Assembly: GCA_039177895.1 (NCBI GenBank)
Contig: JBCDFO010000001.1
Location: 1-55,019 of the forward strand
Direction: 5' to 3'
DNA length: 55,019 nt
Origin: Bacteroidota bacterium
GTDB taxonomy: Bacteria > Bacteroidota > Rhodothermia > Rhodothermales > Rubricoccaceae
Every line of letters begins with the position of its first letter. Position 1 is the first letter of the stretch. Of this stretch, positions 50,015 through 55,019 are shown piece by piece. A program made the translations under genes and the position numbers. The notes below the pieces were generated by a model, which saw only the letters and a list, made by a program, of their open reading frames with translations, was not told where the DNA came from and ran no database searches.

Positions 50015-50356
50015 ATGCCTATATGCCCACTCCGCACCCTAGACGACCCCGCCGATCTCGACCGCTACCTCGCCATCAAAGCAGAGATGAAGCGACTCGC
50101 CGCCGAGATGAAGGCTCTCGAACCCGTAATCCTGAACAGCCTCATGGATGAGGATGGTGACCGCGCCGAACACCTCGGTTGTATGCTCGAAGTCAGGAGC
50201 CGCCGCCGTTGGTCGTACTCCGGTTACGTGAACCAACTCGCCGCCGAACTCAAAGCGACGAAGAAGCTGGAGGAAGCCAACGGAACCGCCAAGCTCGAAG
50301 CCATCACCTCGCACGTCGCCGTGACGCTTCCTCGCATTGCTCGAAATACCGCCTGA
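50015..50356 (+). CDS. hypothetical protein (coiled-coil rich)
   Basis: ATG at 50015 within ORF 49853..50356. 113 aa. No family recognised. Confidence 0.4.
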   Translation: MPICPLRTLDDPADLDRYLAIKAEMKRLAAEMKALEPVILNSLMDEDGDRAEHLGCMLEVRSRRRWSYSGYVNQLAAELKATKKLEEANGTAKLEAITSHVAVTLPRIARNTA

Positions 50357-50372
50357 GCGGCGAAATCGAGCG

Positions 50373-50396
50373 TTTGTTGTACCTATGTTGTACCCA
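50373..50396. promoter_or_regulatory. right-end copy of the 24-bp GTTGTACC arm-type repeat
   Basis: tttgttgtacctatgttgtaccca is identical to 27808..27831. It lies 46 bp from the att core. Confidence 0.55.
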
Positions 50397-50406
50397 CTAA
50401 AGCAAA

Positions 50407-50437
50407 AGACCCTGTAAACACGAGGCTTACAGGGTCT
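50407..50437. terminator. bidirectional rho-independent terminator
   Basis: 11-bp stem agaccctgtaa / ttacagggtct with a 9-nt loop, flanked by an A run and a T run. Confidence 0.7.
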
Positions 50438-50442
50438 TTTTG

Positions 50443-50516
<74 letters not shown>

Positions 50517-50930
50517 GGCTTGCTGACGCGTGTGCTTCTGGGGAGGCGTGGCGCGTACGGCAGGCGGAATCCCAAATATAGCGTGAGCCAGAGACGAGCG
50601 GCAAGCGAACCGTACGTGAAGCACCGCGCGGCGTTGCCGGGCTTCTGCGTTACGAATCGGTGCGGCCGACGCGATCCTCCCACGTGTCAGCAGCGGCGGC
50701 GGAACGGCCCGCCCGCGATTACCCTCGGCGCAGTGGTCGGCTTCGTGACAATTCGGCAGCGGCAAAGGGGTCCACGCCGCTCCTCGGTGCTGACATAGCC
50801 GGGTGGCACAGGCTTTGGAAACGGTCACGGCACCCCGCTCTCACTTCCGGCTCGATCCCCACCACCCTGGCCGCTGCGCCTCTGCCTGCCGCGCGCGTGC
50901 CCTACCAGAGCCTCGCGCCCCGATCTTACC

Positions 50931-51455
50931 ATGCAGCTCCTTTGCACGCCCGCTGTGCCCGACTTCACCTTCATGCCGCGCCCCGCCGACTGGATCGCGT
51001 CTGCCCTCGACCGTGCCCACGTCGCTGCCCGTGACGTGGCAGGGAACTACGCAACGCCCCCGTGGCGGTTCGTCGTGGCGCAGGGAGAGACGACGCAGGC
51101 CTTGTCGAGGCTCTATGCCCAGCATGCTCGCGGCCAGCAGGGCGATCAGGCCTCGGGTGTGCTTCGTCCGTTGAGCAGCGAGGTAGGGTGGGTCGTCGTA
51201 GCCTGCGAGCGCGCCGACCACCCGGACGAGGCCGAGCACCTGCTCGAACGCAGCCTCACGGCCGTCCAGCGGTTCGCCCTGTCGCTCTGGTCCGAAGACC
51301 TGCACACACGCTGGGCCCAGCCCGCCGTCAAAGACGACCCGGCCGTCGCCCACCTGCTGGACATTGATCCGGCGTCTGAGTCCGTGATCGGTGTGCTGTG
51401 GTATGCCGAGGACGCCGACGCCCTACCGCCTGCGAGCGACGTGCAGGCCGTCTGA
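50931..51455 (+). CDS. nitroreductase-like protein
   Basis: 174 aa. ATPPWRFVVAQGE resembles the nitroreductase PWxFvvv motif. Start uncertain. Confidence 0.5.
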   Translation: MQLLCTPAVPDFTFMPRPADWIASALDRAHVAARDVAGNYATPPWRFVVAQGETTQALSRLYAQHARGQQGDQASGVLRPLSSEVGWVVVACERADHPDEAEHLLERSLTAVQRFALSLWSEDLHTRWAQPAVKDDPAVAHLLDIDPASESVIGVLWYAEDADALPPASDVQAV

Positions 51456-51567
51456 GACGATTCCCGGAGCAGAGGTAGGCACTCGCAGGGACGTAGGCAA
51501 GGACCGAGACGCGGCTCGGGACCGGGGGCGACCGGTGCGGCGTAGGGGCCGTCTTCCCCCCCGTTGC

Positions 51568-52248
51568 ATGCCCCTTGTCCTCCACCACGCCCACCCCTGG
51601 AATCTCAGCCCGCGCGAGGCCATCGCTGTGCAGCAGCAGCTCGCCGGGGAGGTGCGCCAGGATCCCCTCGCCGAGCGCCCGGCGACCATCGCGGGCCTCG
51701 ACGTGAGCGTGCGGGGCGACCAGGTGCGGGCCGCCGCCGTCGTGACGCGTACCGACACGTGGGCACCCGTCGCCACAGCGCTTTGGGAAGGGCCGGTCGC
51801 GTTTCCCTACGTGCCGGGCCTGCTCTCCTTTCGCGAGGTCCCGGCGCTGCTGCCGGTGCTGGAGCGTCTCGTGGAGGACCACGGTAGCCTCCCCGATGTG
51901 CTCATGCTCGACGGCCACGGGCTGGCCCACCCGCGCCGCTTTGGGCTGGCCTGCCACCTCGGCGTGCTCCTCAACCGACCGACGCTGGGCGTGGCGAAGA
52001 AGCGGTTCGTTGGGGCGCACGAGGAGCCCGACGTACTGAAGGGCGCGCAGACGCCGCTCGTACATCGCGAGGAAACCATCGGGACGGTCCTGCGCACCCG
52101 CAGCCGCGTCAAGCCCGTGTTCGTGTCCGTCGGGCACCGCCTCACCCTGACGGATGCGGTCGCGCTCACGCTGGAGGCGGCCACCCGGACGAAGCTCCCC
52201 GAGCCTACGCGGCTCGCCCATCGGCTGAGCTACCGCGGGGCGCTGTGA
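51568..52248 (+). CDS. nfi: endonuclease V
   Basis: ATG at 51568. IAGLDVS, FPYVPGLLSFREVPALL, MLDGHGLAHPRRFGLACHLGV and PTLGVAKK are Nfi signatures. Confidence 0.88.
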   Translation: MPLVLHHAHPWNLSPREAIAVQQQLAGEVRQDPLAERPATIAGLDVSVRGDQVRAAAVVTRTDTWAPVATALWEGPVAFPYVPGLLSFREVPALLPVLERLVEDHGSLPDVLMLDGHGLAHPRRFGLACHLGVLLNRPTLGVAKKRFVGAHEEPDVLKGAQTPLVHREETIGTVLRTRSRVKPVFVSVGHRLTLTDAVALTLEAATRTKLPEPTRLAHRLSYRGAL

Positions 52249-52291
52249 GTTCGCTGCCCTGCCGAGGCGTCGCAAGCTGTGGCCCGCGAAC

Positions 52292-52942
52292 TCAGTTCAC
52301 CCGCTCGCCCTGGGGCTCCTTGCCCCCAGGAATGTTGGTGCCTTCGAGCGACTTCACGTAGGCCATCACGCCCGCGCGCTCCTCGGCCGTGAGGACGTTG
52401 CCCCAGGGCGTCATGCCCTTGTCGAGCACGCCCTCCGTGATGACGCGGAAGATGTCCTCCGGCTCGTTGCCGTGGATGGCGTAGGCGTCCGTGAGGTTCG
52501 GCCCGATGAGGCCCTCGCCCTGCTGGCCGTGGCAGGCGGCGCAGTTGGCCACGAAGAGCTCCTGCCCGACCGCCATCAGCGCCGCATCGCCCACGTAGCC
52601 GTCGAGGGCCCGGGCATCCGTCTGGAAGCCTGGGTTGGCCGCCGCGTACGCCTCGCGCATCTCGACGAGATCCGTCTGCGAGAGCGCCAGGTTCTCCTCG
52701 TAGGAGGGGATCCAGTCGAAGACGTAGAGCCCGAGGACGTAGACGGGCGCGAACGCGATGCCGAGCACGAAGAGCCACACCCACCAGCCCGGCATCGGGT
52801 TGTCGTACTCCCGGATGCCGTCGTACTTGTGGCCCTGGATGATCTGGTTGTCGCTACCGCCACCGTAGAGGAGCGATCCGAGGTTGGTGTCCTGTTCAGG
52901 GACGTGTTTCGGCGCGTTGGGGTTGGGAGGCACAGGGCTCAT
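52292..52942 (-). CDS. ccoP: cbb3-type cytochrome c oxidase subunit III (monoheme variant)
   Basis: ATG at 52942. FixP_N motif HKYDGIREYDNPMPGWWVWLF. A single CAACH heme-c site. Confidence 0.8.
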   Translation of the reverse strand: MSPVPPNPNAPKHVPEQDTNLGSLLYGGGSDNQIIQGHKYDGIREYDNPMPGWWVWLFVLGIAFAPVYVLGLYVFDWIPSYEENLALSQTDLVEMREAYAAANPGFQTDARALDGYVGDAALMAVGQELFVANCAACHGQQGEGLIGPNLTDAYAIHGNEPEDIFRVITEGVLDKGMTPWGNVLTAEERAGVMAYVKSLEGTNIPGGKEPQGERVN

Positions 52943-52959
52943 GGCAGGAGGTAGCTGGG

Positions 52960-53142
52960 CTACTCGGTCGGGGTGAGGACGTGGTCGTCGTCGAGCGGGA
53001 GGCTCTTGTACGTCTCGCGTTCGCCCTTCGAGAAGGCGAAGAAGGCGATGGCGCAGGCGCACACGAAGGCGAGGACGAAGGCAATCAGGCCGATCTCGGA
53101 GAGCGCGCCCACTTCGAGGGCACGCACGGCTTCTTTCATCAT
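52960..53142 (-). CDS. ccoQ: CcoQ/FixQ-like small membrane subunit
   Basis: 60 aa with one TM helix, positioned between ccoO and ccoP. Confidence 0.6.
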   Translation of the reverse strand: MMKEAVRALEVGALSEIGLIAFVLAFVCACAIAFFAFSKGERETYKSLPLDDDHVLTPTE

Positions 53143-53177
53143 GGCAGTCTCAGGTCGTAGGTCAGAGGTCGCACGTC
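53143..53177 (-). repeat. heptamer leader (GACNNNN)x5 abutting the ccoQ start codon
   Basis: The minus strand reads gacgtgc gacctct gacctac gacctga gactgcc, then ATG (53142). Confidence 0.8.
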
Positions 53178-53189
53178 AGGAGCATCGCG

Positions 53190-53924
53190 TTAGTCCGCCA
53201 CAGCCACGGCGGCGTCCTCGCTCTTGGGCGAGTCGTCAAACGTGGCCTTTGCGGCGACGCCGAGACTCTGGAGGTAGGCCACCATCGCGACGATCTGCGT
53301 GCGCTCGAGCGACGATGGGCCGCCCTGCTCAGCGATCTCGGCCGCGATCTCGGCCGCCTGCGCCTGCGCGTCGGCGACGGCGCTCGCGATCTGCTCGTCG
53401 GTGTAGGGGAGGCCGAGCGTCTGGAGCGCGCCTAGCTTCGCTGGGAGGTCGTCGATGCGCATCGGCTTGCGCAGCATGTGCGCGTACGGCGGCATGATGG
53501 AGTTCGGGCTCGTCGAGCGCGGGTTCTCCATGTGGCGTACGTGCCAGAGGTGCGGATACTTCCCGCCGACGCGCGCCAGGTCGGGTCCGGTCCGCTTCGA
53601 GCCCCAGAGGTGCGGCGTCTCGTAGACCGTCTCCTCAGCGCGCGAGTAGGGGCCGTAGCGTTCGACCTCCTGGCGGAACGGCCGCACCATCTGGCTATGG
53701 CAGTTGTTGCAGCCCTCGGCGATGTAGATGTCGCGCCCGACGAGTTCGAGCGGGGTCGGCGGCTCGAAGTTCTCCAGCTGCTCCACCTCGGTCGGCACGA
53801 GCAGGATCGGGGCCAACTCGATCACCGTCCCGACGAGGACGGCCAGGACTGTGAGCACCGTGAAGATGATGGGCCACCCTTCGAGCTTGCGGTGGAAGCC
53901 GTGCGTGTCAATGAAGCGTTTCAT
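53190..53924 (-). CDS. ccoO: cbb3-type cytochrome c oxidase subunit II (monoheme)
   Basis: 244 aa. N-terminal TM helix, CNNCHSQMVRP heme site, and WGSKRTGPDLARVG. Confidence 0.9.
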   Translation of the reverse strand: MKRFIDTHGFHRKLEGWPIIFTVLTVLAVLVGTVIELAPILLVPTEVEQLENFEPPTPLELVGRDIYIAEGCNNCHSQMVRPFRQEVERYGPYSRAEETVYETPHLWGSKRTGPDLARVGGKYPHLWHVRHMENPRSTSPNSIMPPYAHMLRKPMRIDDLPAKLGALQTLGLPYTDEQIASAVADAQAQAAEIAAEIAEQGGPSSLERTQIVAMVAYLQSLGVAAKATFDDSPKSEDAAVAVAD

Positions 53925-54025
53925 CGGGGTCGGTGTTAGGCGTAGGGAGTGGGGTGTGGGGGGCGGCGCTCCAGGTTGCGGGAGTCCGAAAGCGCCGACG
54001 CCCCCTCACACACCCAGACTCAGGC

Positions 54026-55019
54026 TCAGGCGTTGGTCAGCTGCTGCTTCGCCGGGGTGTTCGAGACGCGCGGGACGGCCACAGCCGGGTCGGGGAGGTT
54101 CTTCGGCGCGTTCTTGATGGTCATGTAGGCGTTCACCATCAAGAAGACCACGCCCAGGAGGTACATCGAGCCGCCGATCAGGCGCACCCAGTACATCGGC
54201 ACGACCTGAATCACGGTCTCCATGAAGTCGGGGTACATCAGGCGGCCGGCGTCGTCGAACGCGCGCCACATGAGGCCCTGCGTGATGCCGGAGACGTACA
54301 TCGCGAGGACGTACATCAGGATGCCAATCGTCCCGATCCAGAAGTGCGCCGTGGCGAGGGCCTTGCTCCAGAGCTTCGTCCGCCACAGGCGCGGCAGCAG
54401 CCAGTAGATCATCCCGAAAGTCATGAAGCCGTTCCACCCGAGCGCGCCCGAGTGCACGTGGGCGATGTTCCAGTCGGTGTAGTGGCTGAGCGCGTTGACT
54501 GACTTCACCGAGAGCATCGGGCCCTCGAACGTCGCCATGCCGTAGAACGTGATCCCGACCACGAACATCTTGAGCACCACCGAGTCGCGGAGCTTGTGCC
54601 ACGCGCCGCGCAGCGTAAAGAGGCCGTTGATCATGCCACCCCACGACGGCATCCAGAGCATGACGGAGAAGACCATCCCCAGCGTGGCCGCCCACTCGGG
54701 CACGGCGGTGTAGTTGAGGTGGTGTGGGCCCGCCCAGATGTAGATGAAGACCAGGCTCCAGAAGTGGACGATGGAGAGCCGGTAGGAGAACACGGGCCGC
54801 TCGGCCGCCTTCGGGAGGAAGTAGTACATCAGCCCGAGGAACGGCGTCGTCAGGAAGAAGGCGACAGCGTTGTGGCCGTACCACCACTGCACGAGCGCAT
54901 CCTGCACGCCCTTGTAGATCGGGTAGCTCTTGAACAGGCTCGCTGGCATCGCGAGCGAGTTGCCGATGTGCAGCACCGCGACCGTCACGATGGTGGCGAT
55001 GTAGAACCACAGCGCGACG
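54026..55019 (-). CDS. ccoN: cbb3-type cytochrome c oxidase subunit I, C-terminal part (5-prime end outside the window)
   Basis: The reading frame is open to the window edge. Heme-copper oxidase helices with [16 protein letters not shown] and HVHSGALGW His ligand regions. Confidence 0.88.
   Translation of the reverse strand, partial: VALWFYIATIVTVAVLHIGNSLAMPASLFKSYPIYKGVQDALVQWWYGHNAVAFFLTTPFLGLMYYFLPKAAERPVFSYRLSIVHFWSLVFIYIWAGPHHLNYTAVPEWAATLGMVFSVMLWMPSWGGMINGLFTLRGAWHKLRDSVVLKMFVVGITFYGMATFEGPMLSVKSVNALSHYTDWNIAHVHSGALGWNGFMTFGMIYWLLPRLWRTKLWSKALATAHFWIGTIGILMYVLAMYVSGITQGLMWRAFDDAGRLMYPDFMETVIQVVPMYWVRLIGGSMYLLGVVFLMVNAYMTIKNAPKNLPDPAVAVPRVSNTPAKQQLTNA

Noticed and set aside
50804-50818. 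TGGCACaggctTTGG upstream of the nitroreductase-like gene
   Set aside because: The -24 half is good, but the -12 position reads GG instead of the invariant GC.
50517-50930. 410-bp non-coding gap after tRNA-Val, considered as a possible ncRNA or a second tRNA
   Set aside because: No cloverleaf, T-loop (GTTCGAA-type) motif or conserved structure is recognisable by eye. It presumably holds the tRNA promoter. The minus-strand ORF 50481..50828 overlaps the tRNA and looks spurious.
52249-52291. Hairpin gagttcgc...gcgaactc between nfi and ccoP as a terminator
   Set aside because: The 8-bp stem has a 27-nt loop and no T tract on either strand, which is too weak to call.

Overview
High-GC bacterial chromosomal window (about two-thirds G+C by eye). 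It has Bacteroidota/Rhodothermota-like hallmarks: a T9SS C-terminal sorting domain, an Arm-domain tyrosine integrase, tandem ~800-aa FtsX/MacB-type permeases, and no obvious Shine-Dalgarno sequences. The taxon is inference only. All calls were made by eye from motifs in the supplied ORFs and DNA. No searches were run.

Layout:
- 0-8.6 kb: housekeeping and miscellaneous genes (nadD, a jacalin-lectin/HhH fusion protein, a thioredoxin-fold protein, phhA, a CoA-binding protein, an ATP-grasp protein, an outer-membrane barrel).
- 8.4-10.8 kb: an accretion hotspot. The 3-prime end of the barrel gene occurs three times in direct orientation, bracketing small cassettes. It is followed by a MITE-like palindrome and a ~1 kb low-GC patch with one orphan membrane-anchored gene.
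- 10.9-21.1 kb: four tandem FtsX-type permease paralogs, separated by spacers built from heptamer repeats.
- 21.2-24.0 kb: an MmeI-family single-chain restriction-modification enzyme.
- 24.9-27.5 kb: a hybrid histidine kinase broken by two -1 frameshifts.
- 27.7-50.5 kb: a ~22.8 kb integrative island in tRNA-Val(GAC). It is bounded by a 19-bp direct repeat and carries an integrase, Xis-like and Rep-like genes, an 18-bp-period repeat array, a kinase plus sigma54-activator pair with three candidate -24/-12 promoters, a T9SS-sorted S41 peptidase, barrels, a beta-lactamase-fold hydrolase, an AraC/NmrA/DUF1772 cluster and a phage-like switch.
- 50.9-55.0 kb: a nitroreductase-like gene, nfi, and ccoNOQP (ccoN truncated by the window edge).

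No rRNA, CRISPR array or transposase was recognised. The most unusual signals are the (GACCNNN)n heptamer leaders that abut start codons, the triple barrel-gene 3-prime repeat, and the mobile sigma54 signalling module.
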